NCBI RefSeq assembly: GCF_006345805.1
Contig: NC_043001.1
Location: 38,688,001 to 38,752,000, forward strand
DNA length: 64,000 bases
Reading direction: 5' to 3'
From: Octopus sinensis
Lineage: Eukaryota
Shown here piece by piece: positions 49,601 through 62,741 of this stretch. The translations under genes were made by a program, and so were the position numbers. Under the pieces are notes generated by a model. It was given only the letters and a program-made list of their open reading frames with translations, did not search any database and was not told the DNA's origin. Every line of letters starts with the position of its first letter. The first letter of the stretch is position 1.

Positions 49601-51540
49601 TTGTCACTAGTAGGGGTGACACACTATGAGCATCCACCTCCACTACTAACTTGGTCACCTAGGTAGCGGGAACTATCAACTACTTCTAGCTTCTCTCCCT
49701 GGAGTGTGATGGAATTTGTTTTCTGAGTATCTGTGGTGTCTATTGCCCCTGTGCATCTGCAGCACACAAAAGCTATCTTCTCGGTTAATTTTCCTCTGAC
49801 GTTGCTGCACCTCTTATGCATCCATAGCTTACACTGGGTACATCTTATGGAGTTTCTACCAACACCTTTTCTACAGATTGAGGGGGTGTGTGATGAGTTT
49901 GCCTTCCTACTTACTATAACTTTAGTCTTTGATACATTGACTCTAAGGCCTTTTGATTTGAAACCTTGCTTCCATAGCCGAAATTTCTTTTCTAGTTCTG
50001 GTAGTGATTCTGCTATGAGGGCCAGGTCATCAGCATGGAGGAGTTCCCAGGGGCAACCTGTCTTGAATTCCTCTGTTATTGCCTAGAGGACTATGATGAA
50101 TAAAAGGGGACTGAGGGCTGAACCTTGGTGGATCCCTACTTCTACCTGGAATTCTTTACTATACTCGTTGCTAATCCTAACCTTACTAACAGCCTCTCGG
50201 TATAGGGCCTGTACAGCCCTTATTAACCATTCGTCAATCTCCAATTTCCACATTGCCCACCAGATAAGGGATTGGGGAACCCTGTCAAAGGCTTTCTCCA
50301 AGTCCACAAAAGCTAAGTACAGGGGTTTATCTTCATCTAGGTATTTCTCCTGCAGTTGTTAAACCAGGAATATGTCATCAGTGGTGCTTCTGCCCAGAAC
50401 AAAACCGAACTGCATCTCATCTAAGCAGACTCTCTCCCTAATGAGATGGGCTATGACCCTCTCTGTGACAGTCATCACCTGAACCAGCAGTTTAATACCC
50501 TTGTAGTTATTTCTATCTAGAGCATCACCTTTACCTTTGTAGCAGTTGACTATGGTGCTGCTACGCCAGTCATTGGGCATGGCTCCATTATGAACTACCT
50601 GGTTTACAATGCATGTGACTAGGCCATAGCCCACTCCACCAGATGTTTTAAACATCTCAGCAGTGATTCCTGATAGGCCGGGGGCTTTTTCTTAATACCC
50701 TTAATTGCTTTATCTACTAGGGAACTGTCTATTCAGATAGCTGGTCCTTCTACTCGGTTAACATTTGGCAGGCTCTTCTCCTCTCATTCATTCTCTACAT
50801 TCAGCAGTCTTTCATAATAGCTTCTCCAAGCCACTTTCTTTTCAGAAACATTAAATGCAAGTCTTTTCAGAAACTTAATGTTTCTATGTTGTTAAATACA
50901 TAGATTCTCAACAAAACACTTTTTTCCTCAATGTAAAATAAAAACAAACTCTTTCGTGCCCAAAGTAATGTGTGTGTGTGTGAGAGAGAGGGGGGCAGGG
51001 AGAAAGATGAACAATTTAAAATAAATAAATGATTTAAAATGAATATATTTTAATTGTTGTGTGAGAAAGTATATATAATCTGATTATAAAGTATAGTGTC
51101 TTTCAAAAACATCCTAAATTTGAATACTATATCTCGTGTATAAGAAAAAAAAACATTTTACATTTTTATTTTTGGTGAACACTGTCACTTACTCTATCTC
51201 TCCCTCACACACACACACACACACACACATCAACACACAACATCTGTCTCCCTCACACACACATATACATACATCAACACAACTTCTCTCTCCCTCACAC
51301 ACACACACAAACATTTTCACTTCGTTATGGCAAGAAGGGACTTAACTCATGTTAGCAAACTTCAAAATTGGTAAAAGTTAAGGTTGAAAATAGGTTTTTA
51401 CTACTACCCGCTGGTGCTTCGGGAAAAATAATTTGACAAAAATACAGTTAGGATCATGACAAATGTCCTCCTAAAATTGGAGCGACATATGTGCTAATTT
51501 GTGGACGTGCATACATTACATTCACGTACACATACACACA
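46619..51540 (-). mobile_element. Helitron (3' end at 46619; 5' boundary uncertain) with PIF1 helicase remnant
   Basis: Minus-strand terminus ccgggcaacaccgagctatactgCTAG|T; helicase motifs GTRKSF, ASSGIAATLL, GDLWQTLPV and FAMTINKSQGQT (46996-48480). Confidence 0.8.
48890..50862 (-). mobile_element. RTE-clade LINE nested in Helitron
   Basis: DLEKAFDRVP, GIHQGSALSPLLF, HADDL and GRGRPRKTW motifs. Confidence 0.85.
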
Positions 51541-52185
51541 GAGTTTCTACAGCTGGATGCCCTTCCTAACACCAACCACTCCGAGAGTGTAGTGGGTGCT
51601 TTTATGTGCCACCAGCATGGGGCCAGTCAGGCAGTACTGGCAACGACCTCGCTCGAATTTGTTTTTACACATGCCAACGGCACAGGTGCCAGTAAGGCGA
51701 TGCTGGTAATGATCCCGCTCGAATGGTGCCTTCTACATGCCTCCTACAAGCCAGTTAGCCGCTCTGGCAACGATCACACTCAGATGGTGCTCTTAGCACC
51801 CTACTAGCACAGGGCACAAGTGCCAGTAAGGCGAAGCTGGCAACAATCACGCTCGTATGGTGCTTGTGCCCATCATCGAATTTCACTTTGATTTTGATTT
51901 CGGTTTCGATTTCAATTGCCTCAACAGGTCTTCGCAAACAGAAATTAGTGTTCAGAGAAGAAAAGGTACGCACAAGTGGGCTGGTTACACCCCTGGCACA
52001 GGCAAACGAAGTTATGGTCTCATTTGGCTTGCCGGGTCTTCTCAAGCACAGCATATTTCCATAGGTCTCGGTCATTAGTCATTTCCTTGGTGAGGCCTAA
52101 AGTTCGAAGATCGTGCTTCCCCACTTCATCCCAGGTCTTCCTGGGTCTACTTCTTCCACAGGTTCCCTCAACCGCTAGGGTGTGG
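51541..52185 (-). mobile_element. RTE-clade LINE 3' fragment
   Basis: GRSRPRKTW region plus 3' UTR repeats. Confidence 0.8.
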
Positions 52186-52304
52186 AAATATAAACTAATG
52201 AACTAATGAAATAACTAGAAATAAACATCTGTATATCTGTATATGCAAGTACATATAGAGATACTAATATGTAAACAAGATACACCCATACGTGTATGCA
52301 CATG

Positions 52305-53210
52305 TATAAACACATAAGCAAATTTATTTCACCTTTATATTTTTATTTATTCTTTATTCCTTATTTCTGCTTACTTATTTACCTTATTTTATTTTATTTA
52401 TTATGTTTTATAAATACCAACAATGTTATCCATATATAGATATCCACATACACATAATATAATCCATGTATGCATATACATGCACATGCATTCACGCATA
52501 AACAAATTTTACTTCCCCTTTATTTCTATTTTTTATTCTTATCCTATTTATTCTATATTCATTATTCTGCTACCTTATTTATTTTATTTTATTATATTAT
52601 ATATTTTAATCATGTACTTTTACTTTTATATAATTTAGTTGATTATTATCATTATTATTAAACTTCAATATAAATATTAATATCAAATAATGTGTGAATG
52701 AACTTTTATTGCTGCTCTTATGTATTTATGTACATTAATAAAAAACTTAGAAAGTAACATATATACACATGTAAGTTGACATATAAACCATTGGCATCCA
52801 TAATTATTGTGTGTATATATATCTGTATCTCTGTATGTGCGTCTGTGTGTGTGTGCGTGCGTGCGTATATGTAAATATGAGCATAGACATGCGCACACAC
52901 ATATACAAACATGATCATAAACTTTATTTCTCTTTCACTTTAATATTATTTCATTTTATTCAGTAAATAATGTTCCTCTTACATAGTATAAATCATTATT
53001 CATGATTATTGTTATTAGTAATATTGAATTTAAAAATAAATGAATATTTTTAATGCATGCGTGCACACACACATATACATAGTAAACATAAATATATTTT
53101 CTGTGTATATTTGAATATTCCAGTAAATCGCTATGTAGTTCACATATTGTCCTTTTATGCACCCTGAAAATTTTCACCAAAGGCATTTAAAATGCAAAAT
53201 TTATTTATAT
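52305..53210. repeat. Intact arm of a long AT-rich inverted repeat whose partner is fragmented across 39500-46545
   Basis: Colinear reverse-complement matches to 39500-39696, 42420-42513, 45702-45845, 46170-46215 and 46468-46545. Confidence 0.75.
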
Positions 53211-53451
53211 ATATAAGAGAGAGTTAATTAATTTGTTTGTCAACCAAAATGAAACTAAATGGTTCAGGGGAAGCTATTATGTTTTATCTATCTATATATA
53301 TATTAGCTGATGTACCCAGTAATTCCTGGGAAAGCAGGGCTTATCTCTTTGTTCTGTTCCTAATCCAATAAGTAGCATATGCAAAATGGTATTAAGGAAG
53401 GGTAGGAAAATATTAGATTTATAAACCCAAAAATTCACTCCATAATTACCC

Positions 53452-53730
53452 ACGGGCTTATGGCATAGTGGTTAAGAGCGCGCGCAGGCTACTAACCCAA
53501 GATTCCAAGTTTAATTCCAGGCAGTGACCTGAATGATAATACTAACATCAAAAACTACTCTAATGGAAGACAAGGTTTACGATATCGGGAGAATATCGCC
53601 TTCTCTCATTATATCTTGAGAACCCAGGTTCGCAATTTCCCCAAGACACCTGAGGGTATATCAGCCAAAACATTGTGTTAACAAGACAAGCAAGATGAGG
53701 ACAAATATTCGTCAAATGTAAATAATATAC
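53452..53730 (+). mobile_element. Monomeric copy of the tRNA-headed hammerhead element (ribozyme internally deleted)
   Basis: tggcatagtggttaagagc...ggctactaaccc aagattccaagtttaattccaggcagtgacctgaat...gagaacccaggttcg...gacacctgagggtatatcagccaaaacattgtgtt...gtcaaatgtaaataat. Confidence 0.75.
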
Positions 53731-53956
53731 AGCTGTATACTGTTTAAAAGTTGATAGGTTGAAATAAATTTTACAACCTACAATTTGTATTTTTATTAAA
53801 CAATTTATTTTAGAAAAACAAAGAAAATCAACTATGTGAAGATTTTGGGGTAAAAACCAAAATTAACAAAGATGAAAAGATCGTAGTACTTTTCTGTAAT
53901 GAATGTAAATAAATTATTTTACAGGTTTGTAATAGAATTTTAAGCTTTCAACTTAC

Positions 53957-54208
53957 ATTCTACATTGATCCAATGTTTTTTATGTAATTCTCTTTTACTG
54001 CACTTGTTAGAAGCATAACAAGTGTAAACCTCATTATTGTGTGTTCGATTGAGTTGAGAAAGTGTTAAATTTTGTGAGGTCTTGTTACTTGGATCCCACC
54101 TGTAGCTGTACTTTTCTGGATATCCATTTATTGCCTTACAATGCAAAATACCTTTGCGACCTTCAAGAAAGGGTTCATCAGTCTTGATTTCTATTGTTTT
54201 AGGTGGAT
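53957..54208 (-). CDS. Ig-domain exon (2nd in window)
   Basis: tatacag|AT CCA CCT AAA ... GTA GAA T|gtaagt; 252 nt, phase 1-1; YPPKTIEI...LHCKAINGYPEKYSYRW...EVYTCYASN. Confidence 0.9.
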
Positions 54209-56244
54209 CTGTATAAAAGGAAATCAGATTATTTACGTAAATACTTGCATAAAGATATTTTATTTTTTGCTGTTACATTGGTGATTAATATTCCAAGTTG
54301 CATTAGATATAAAGTGATGCATAAAAATGAGAAAATTTTAAATAAATTCTATTAGTATTGCAATCTTTTACACTGAAAGAAATGTCCAATACAAATTTTA
54401 AAATCCTAACCAATATATTAGAAAATACACATCTATATAAAAAATACTTGTATCCAAGAATTTCATCAGACTACCATTTAAGTTTTGAAGATGTTGGCAA
54501 AATTTAATTAGCAAGACACAAAGTTTCAGGAAAAGGATGCAGAATAAGAGGCAACATTGAATATAAGTCTACATAAGTTCCACAACTACTATCATTAAAT
54601 AAAATAAAATAAAAATGTGTATGATGAAATATTACATTTTTGTAAATTGGGACTGCTGATAATGATAGAATTGTAATAAAATAAGGGAAGTTTAACGTCA
54701 AACTAAAATACCACAATATAGATGTTTTTAAAAAAGGAATTTATGAAAATTTGTTGGTGCAGGCTTTTCATAATGTTTTACCTACATTTTGCAAAACTTC
54801 ATAAATTGCATTACATTATTAATTTCTTTATACCTTCCTCAAAACAGATATTTTTTCCATACCTACCAGATTTCAAGAGCACAGAGTATTTCTTAATTGT
54901 GCTGTTATCTAATATCCATTTTAATTCCCAGAGTAAAACCAAGTGGTAAGATTAGCTGTAATGGATCTATAATACTGTACATTTTGACTATTATACCTGC
55001 CCTATTAACAAATGTAAATGGGCTTATTTTTTTCTGACATATGGATTCTTAATATGTATATATCTTCCTCAAAATAGACATGCACTATCATCATTGCTGC
55101 CACTACCACTATCATCTTGTGTCTGCTTTCCATGCTAGCATGACAATACGTTTTAACAAGGTCCTGCAGGCCAGAGAACCACATCTTGCTTAAAAGTCAG
55201 TTTTAGCATGCTTTATGTATACCTTTCCTAATGCCAACCACTTTACAGAGTTTACTGGGTGTTATTTTCATAGCATCAACTCTAATGAGGTTCCTTTGAA
55301 ACTTGCAAGACTGAAGAGCTATTCAACTAATGGGGAAGATAAGAGATAGGGTGGATGCTTTAAGCAAGGAGTTGAGATGTTGAAGTATCACTGTGGAGGG
55401 TGGCAGAAAGATGTATGGCAACTATTTATTTTGCATCAATGGGTGGGAAGGACTGGAATGGGACTCAAGAGGTAAAAATGGTGATGACAAGGTAACAGAA
55501 CATACATGCATGGTAACATGTCCAAGAGATAAATGGAAGAGAGAAGAATACAGGAGAATAATGAAGGTTTGCGGAAAAGGCTGTAAGAGTGTGAAAGGAG
55601 AGTGAGGTGGATATAAACATGAGGTGAATGAGGTCAGTAGTATATAGAAGATAAATGTAGAGAAGGGTGAACAAGGGTGGAGGTAACCAGTATGAGTGGG
55701 GTACAATTGAGAATGAGGAATGAAGGCTGATTGAGAATAGTATAGAGGAGAAGAGTGGTGATCAGCAGTACAGAGATGGCAATGGTATGGTATATAGTAG
55801 CAGGTTCTATATCAGTTTCTTACAAGAGCAGAAAAATGTAGTATATTGGGAAATGATAGAGGAATGTGTGATAGCGTGATGAGGGATAGAACTCAGGTTG
55901 CAAGTGGAGGAGACTGAGGGGATAGGATGCTGGATGTAGAATTAGAGATTGCGAGTGAGATGTGAGGACAGGATGATAGAAGTGGAGTTGAGGTTGTGAG
56001 TGAAGTGAATGTGAAAATTGAAAACCAACGAGGAAAGGAATGTAGTCATGGATGACAAAAATGAGGAATGAGTATCAATAGGAAGTGGCAGCGATCCAGA
56101 AGTTACAAATGAAGATGAGAGTTTAAGATGGATATTAACAAGGGTGAGGTAGGGATTGTCAATTGTTACAATGAGGAGAATGGAAGTGGCTTGAAGGGGG
56201 AACTCTGTTGTCTGGATAGATGGGGGAGACGACTCAGGTGCATA

Positions 56245-56289
<45 letters not shown>

Positions 56290-57660
56290 GCTTTGAGAAC
56301 CTTAGCCATGATGTGCAATATAGGAAGGTAAATCATGTTGAGTACTGCATATCACTAATCAAGTTGGTTTGTCATCTCTTCCATGAGTGCCAGCATCCTG
56401 AGATCAGCCTTCACTACCTCATCCCATGTCTTTCTCTCACACAGGTTTCATCTACTGTGAGTGATCATTACTTTTATATACAACTGTCTTTATCCATACA
56501 TATTACATACCCAAATTAATGTATACTACATTTAATTCTTGGCCACTTGTTCTCTCAACACATATGTATTCCATCAATCTTTCACACTAACATTGCATAT
56601 CTAGTGGAGCATGTATGCTTTATTTATTTCTAGTCTTTTCAGGTCCTCCACATTCAAGGCTCATGTCTCACTATCATGGAGCATTTCAAGTTGAAAAAAG
56701 CATCATAAAGTCAGCTTTTCACACTGAGAGAAAAACTTTATGTTTATGACAGAAGTAATAAATCCATGGACTTTCTCTACTCAGATTTTACATTGGCTAC
56801 TACACTTTGAGAACAATTTCCACCAATACTGTTTTGATCACCTAGATAACAAAAGCTCTCTATTACATCTAGAAATCTTCCTGGGCTTTTGAAGGCTTCA
56901 TTTCTCATGTTCACTTAAAGTTTATTGCTCCAGCACACCTGCTATATACAATGTCAACTTTGTCAACTTTGTCAACCTACCCATAATTCCATTGTATCTC
57001 TTACACATACACAGTTTGCACTGGATACACTATATCAACTTTCCACCCATTCCTTTTTTTACATATGAAACAAGGTAATTATCCAGGTGGATGAAGGGTC
57101 TTGTATGTTTTCTGATTTACTAAGAGTTGAATGTTTACCAAGGTATTGAGGCCCTTTGATTCCATGCTTTGCTTTCACACCTGTAATGTTTTTCCAGCCT
57201 TACTCCAGCTTCAGCCATAACAACAAGAACATGAACAAATAAGAATTGCTGTAGACACCTAATCTTAAACTCCCCTGGAGGTCTTTGATAAATAGAAAGA
57301 GACTAAGCACTGATGGTATCCTACCTACACACTAAAGTCATCACTGTACTCATTGCTATTTCTCATATTGCTGACAATACACCTGTATATGGATTGTATG
57401 GCTCACATAATCCATTCTTATACTCCTAGCTTCATCAATAATTACTAGATCTCCAAATGAGTAACCTCTGTCAAAGGCTTTCTCCACGTCAACAGGTTCC
57501 TACTTGTTGACTGACCAGGAATATGATATCAGTACTTCTTTTTCCAGAACAAAACTGAACTGCATCTCATCTAGTTTAACTGTCAATTATCAACTGAGCC
57601 ATAACTCTTTTTCTGACTTTGATGAACTAGTCCAGCAATTTGATATCCCTCTAATTACTG
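56290..57660 (-). mobile_element. Old decayed RTE-clade LINE
   Basis: Vestigial LDEMQFSFV, VDVEKAFDR and WDEVVK motifs. Confidence 0.7.
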
Positions 57661-58073
57661 ATCTCTTTTCATAAATAAAATTTAAAGAGCTCCCAGATAT
57701 TTAGCCATAAGTCTTTAAATCTTTAAACTGTTTCAGCTTCAAAGTTCTGGTCATGCTGGGGCACTATTTATAATGGCATTTGACCATAAGTTTATTTCCT
57801 CTGTATATTCAACTTGCATGATAAAACTACACAAATTCCAACAATGCAATTAGATACATAGTTCCAGAAGAATAAAACAACGCTCACCTGGTTTGGAATC
57901 ACAGGATATTATTTATTTTTTCCCTTCACTCAAAAACCTATAGCCAAACCAACCAACATATACAAAAGACTAAAATCTTACAGTTAAAATGTTTTTTTCA
58001 TATTTGAATTAAAAAAAGAAAATGATAAAAACAGAAGATAAAAATTTTCAAAAGATGCTCCATTTATACTCAC

Positions 58074-58328
58074 AATGAATAGTTAAATTCTTTTCACGAG
58101 ACACATTTGCAGCAATATGAATGCCTCGACACTTGACTGTTTGATGAGATTTGGAAGGTATTACATTAATTTCAACTTCTTCTTTACTAGTATTTGAGTA
58201 TTTTTCATACTCCAGGGTTACACTTGCTGATGGATTACCACCTTTCCAACTGCAGCGGAATTTGGTTGGAGTATCAACACATACTTTTCCTCCAGAAACA
58301 TCTAGTATCATACTGTCTTCTGGAGAAT
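58074..58328 (-). CDS. Ig-domain exon (1st in window)
   Basis: ttcatag|AT TCT CCA ... ATT CAT T|gtgagt; 255 nt, phase 1-1; FRCSWKGGNPSASVTL...SHQTVKCRGIH. Confidence 0.88.
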
Positions 58329-58499
58329 CTATGAATTTCAGAACATTAAGAGTTAAAAGAAAAACAAACAAAATCAAATTAGTGCACTTAATAAAAGAAC
58401 AAAAAAGTAAAGAAAAAAACAAACCAGAAGTATATTTTGAAGAAAATTAGCAATTTTTCAAAATTTTTTAAATATGTTTCTAATAATAAAGATTTGAAC

Positions 58500-59828
58500 A
58501 TTGGTCACATTTGTAATAAATCAGGTACAATTTTGAGAGGAGGGGCTATGTCAATATCAATGACCCAAGATGGGTTCTCTCTTTTACTGGCCTTGAAGAA
58601 ATGAAAGTCAAAAAATCAATTTCAATAGAATTTGAACTCAGAATGTAAACAGGCCTAACTAAATAATGCATTGTATTTTGTCCCATCCTCTGCTGATGCT
58701 GCTTATTTACCACATTAATTACTTTGGATTTTAGGGCAGTGAGCGGGCAGAACCATTAGCATATCAGGAAAAATGCTTAGTGGCATTTCAACCAACTTTA
58801 TATTCTGAGGTCAAATTCTGCTGAGATAAACTTTGCATTTCATCCTTCCAGTGTCAATAAAATAAGTACCAAGTAGGACACTGGAGTCAACATAATCAAC
58901 TTACTCCAACTCCTAAAATTGCAGGCCTTGTGCCAAAATAAGAAACCAATAATTACTTTTGAGTTTTGCAAAAGGCCAGCAATTTCGAGGTGAAGTGTGT
59001 TAGCTGATAACATCAACCACCTGACTTTATTTCTTTATTTTATCAACATTGGAAGGACTAAGGGTGAATTTAATCTCACTAGGAAATGAATGCGAATATT
59101 GCAACACATCTTGTTTGACACATCTTGTCTGTCAGATTGATACCATAATAATAATAATAATCTAAAACTAAAGGCACAAGGCCTGAAATTTGGTGGGAGG
59201 GGGCTAGTTAATTACATCAACCTCAGTATTTCACTGGTACTTAATATATCAACCCCAAAAGGATTAAAGGCAAAGTCAACCTCTGAGGAATTAACTCAGA
59301 ACGTAGGAATGGGTGAAATACTGCTAAGCATTTTGCCTGGTGTGCTAATGATTCTGCCAGCTCGCTATCTTGAATAATACGAGGGAGTTGGGGTTAGCCA
59401 ATTACAATGACCCTAGGCATCTGCAAAGATGAAAGACAACCTCGTGCCATTTGAATTCAGAATATAAAGATGAATGAAATGTCGCTAAGCATTTTGTTTA
59501 GCATGCTAATGGTCCTGTCAGTTCACCGCCTTAACAATAATAATAATGATTTCAAATTCTAGCTCAAAAGTCAGCAATTTTGAGGGAGAGGCATGGTGAT
59601 TACATCAATCCCAGTGTTGAACTGGCACTTATTTTATCAACCATGAAAGGTTGAAAGGTAAAGTTGACCTCAGCAAAATTTGAACTCAGAACATACAAAT
59701 GGACGAAATGTTGCTAGGAATTTTGTCTGGCGTACTTACAATTCTGCTAGCTTACTGCCTCAATAATAATGATGATAATAATAATAATGATGATAATAAT
59801 AATAATGATGATAATAATAATAATAATG

Positions 59829-59918
<90 letters not shown>

Positions 59919-60070
59919 GTGACAGACAATTTTCCAATTTTGTTTTATTTTGTTTTATCAACACCAAAAGAGTGAAAGGTACAACTGACCATTGCAAGAA
60001 TAGAACTTAGTACATAAAGTGTTGGAACAAACACCACAAAGCATTTTTCTAATGCTTCAAAGATTCTGCT
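58500..60070. mobile_element. Cluster of about seven copies of one tRNA-derived SINE family
   Basis: Recurrent gattacatcaaccccag...ggtacttattttatc...gaatttgaactcagaac...gctaagcattttg; one copy is on + (58734-58950), the others on -. Confidence 0.75.
59762..59917. repeat. (AAT)n/(GAT) microsatellite
   Basis: Direct inspection. Confidence 0.95.
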
Positions 60071-60302
60071 AATTTGCTACATTAACAACAACAGCTACAA
60101 TTTCTTTCATTTGCAAGCTGGGTGATGGATGAGGGAGACAATACACAAAGATGAACATAAAATGTGGTGATTTAAATAGAATTGCATGATAAAAATGTGT
60201 AGAAAACATACACAGTAAAAATACAGAAAAAAGATAAGACGTATACATAGTTGTTGGCAACACTCTGTCCAGACTTGGTTCATCTGATGCCTCCACAATG
60301 CT

Positions 60303-62741
60303 TAAACTTGACATGGCTCAGAAGGCCAAGTCAGGAATGGAACAACCTCAGGCACTGACTGCATGGCAGGGTGGGTGTGGACTTGGCTGGAGTTGTCAGG
60401 CCTTGCATTGCCTTCTTTTGCTTCTTCTTCAGTCTTTCGCCTCAAAAGTGGAACAACTGAAATGAATTGCTCTTTGCCAAGGTGGACAGTTGACAATTTC
60501 AGTTTCCAGGTATTAAGGGTGATTGCATCTTGAAAGAGGGAAGACTTCAGTTGTTCTTTGAATCTGCAGTTTGGGGGTCCTCAATGTCATTTGCCATTTG
60601 CCATTGCCAAACTCACTGTAGAGGATGGAGCCATTCAGATGATATGTCCTGACCACTTGAGGCAATGCTTGAGGATGGCAACTTCAATGCTTGGCATTTC
60701 TGAATGATCGAGGACTTTGTAGATGATGTGTCAATCCTGCCATTTGATATTGAGGATCTGTTAAAGTTTAGCTGGTTGGAAATGCTCAAACTTTTTCAGG
60801 TCTTTTCAATACAGAGCCCATATCTCACATGTGTAGAGCAAGGTGAAGATGACAAGGACATGGAACACCATGAATTTTGTTCAGAGAGGGAGCCTGTGGT
60901 TGTTGAATAGATGCTTGCTGTGTCTTCTAAAAGCCAAATGAGAGGATTTGATGCAGTGGTCGATGTCCCCTTTTTATGGTCCAGATTTTGAGAGAGTGCT
61001 GCTGAGGTACTGGAAATAACTGATGACTTCCAGAGGTGTCCCCTATGTTGACAGTAGCTTCTGGTATTTCTTGTCCAGGAACAGACTACACAAGTCTTTT
61101 CATTTTGTCCTCATTCACTTCCATCCCAAAGCAATGGTAGGGTTCTAAGACAAGAGTCAAACAGTGCTGGAGGTCAACAACAGAGGCGATAGGAGTAGCA
61201 CTGTCATTTGTGTACTGGAACTTCTTGATGCTGCTATTTGATGTTCAAGTTTTGGATGTTAGGTGTGCAAGGTTATAGAGTCTGCTATGCAGGTGATAGC
61301 GGATATTGACACTGAGAGAGTCATGTGGGATTTCATTGAGCATCACCATCAGGTTGAAGGAGAACAAGGTAAGAGCCAAGATGCAGCTTTCCTTCAGACC
61401 TCTGGAGATGGAGAATGATTCAGAAAGTGGATTCTGTGTGCAAACATCCTACCATGCCATCACAGAGCATATTGATGAGGTTGATGAAGTGATCAGGGGA
61501 ACCAAAGCGATGGGGTACAGACCACATCGCTGGTTGGGAAACCTTGTGAAAGGTATTGTGAAGGTCCCAGAAGATGCAGAAGAATGGTTGCTGCTATTCA
61601 TAAGCTTTTTCATGGAGTTGCCTTATGCAGGTTATCCTGTCAATTGTTTCTCGTGACTACTGAAAGCGACATTGAGAGATTCTGAGAGGACTTCTTCCCC
61701 AACATCCAACAGACAAGCCAAAAGAATTCTGGTGAAAATCTTGCCAGCAATGCTAACAAGGGAGATACCATGGTAGTTGTTGTACACTGACTGATCTCCT
61801 TTCTTAAAGATGGTAATGATGTCTGTGTTTTTGAAGTCATCAGGAACAGTCTTGGTGTTGCTTATTTGCAGCATCAGGTACAACAGCTTAGTTCTCGATC
61901 CATACCCACCATGTGTGAAAAGTTCCAGTTAATGTTGTCTGGACCAGGAGCTTTTCCAGGTTTCAATTGTTTGATGGCTTCTATGAATTTCTGGAATGAT
62001 GGAGGAAAGGCCATCCATAGTTTGACAGGTTGCTGTGGAGTGTTTCTCAAGAGGTCTTCTGGGGGTTTGAAAATGTTTCTTCAGGAGAAAATGAAAATGT
62101 TCTCTCTAACAATGCATGACTTCTTCTGTGGTAAGGGTTTGGCTGTCAGCAGTTTTAAGGTACTAGTAGATGACCTGATGGGGCTGAAAATCCCTTTGGT
62201 CACTGCATAAAAGTGACACGTGTCTTGTTGGTCTGTGTAGCTATGGAGTTCAGCAGACTTCACATGCCACCAGCCATTCAGGATCTCTCTGAGGTGCATT
62301 TGGCACATCTGCATTTCTTGTTTGAGGGGTTTCTTATTCAAGGTGTTCATGGAATTTCTTGTTGCCATTTACAGAATATTTTTGAAAGCAATACGTGATA
62401 CTCTTTTCTTATTAATCAGATGTTTGACCGCAGCATTGTTTTCAGCAAACATGTCTTTATTCCAGTGCTTTGAGTAGCTGATTATCTTGTCTGCAGCAGA
62501 TGTTATAGCATCAAGCAGAGTGTTCCAATCATTTGGTGAAGGATTCCCATTCTGCCTTTGTTTTGGATGCTGGTTAACTGCTCCTTGGAAGGCTTGGGAT
62601 GTTTTGGGGTCCTTCAGTTTGTGACAGTCATACCTTGGGTTGTGCTTTTGAGTATTGGGATACCAAGGTGGTGAACAGATGGAAAAGTTGAGATGTGAGA
62701 TCTCAAGTTGGTGATCAGTCCAGCAAGCTATTTGTTTGTAC
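60303..62741 (-). mobile_element. Decayed RTE-clade LINE of a second family
   Basis: CWTDHQL (APE end), LKPGKAPGPDNI, PDDFKNTDIITIFKKGD..NYHGISL and FQYLSSTL motifs. Confidence 0.85.

Noticed and set aside
53303-53332. Helitron-like 3' hairpin
   Set aside because: It ends CTAA rather than CTAG and no body could be delimited.
59699-60010. Poly-N/poly-I/poly-L ORFs with a signal-peptide-like start
   Set aside because: They are a SINE fragment followed by an (AAT)n microsatellite.
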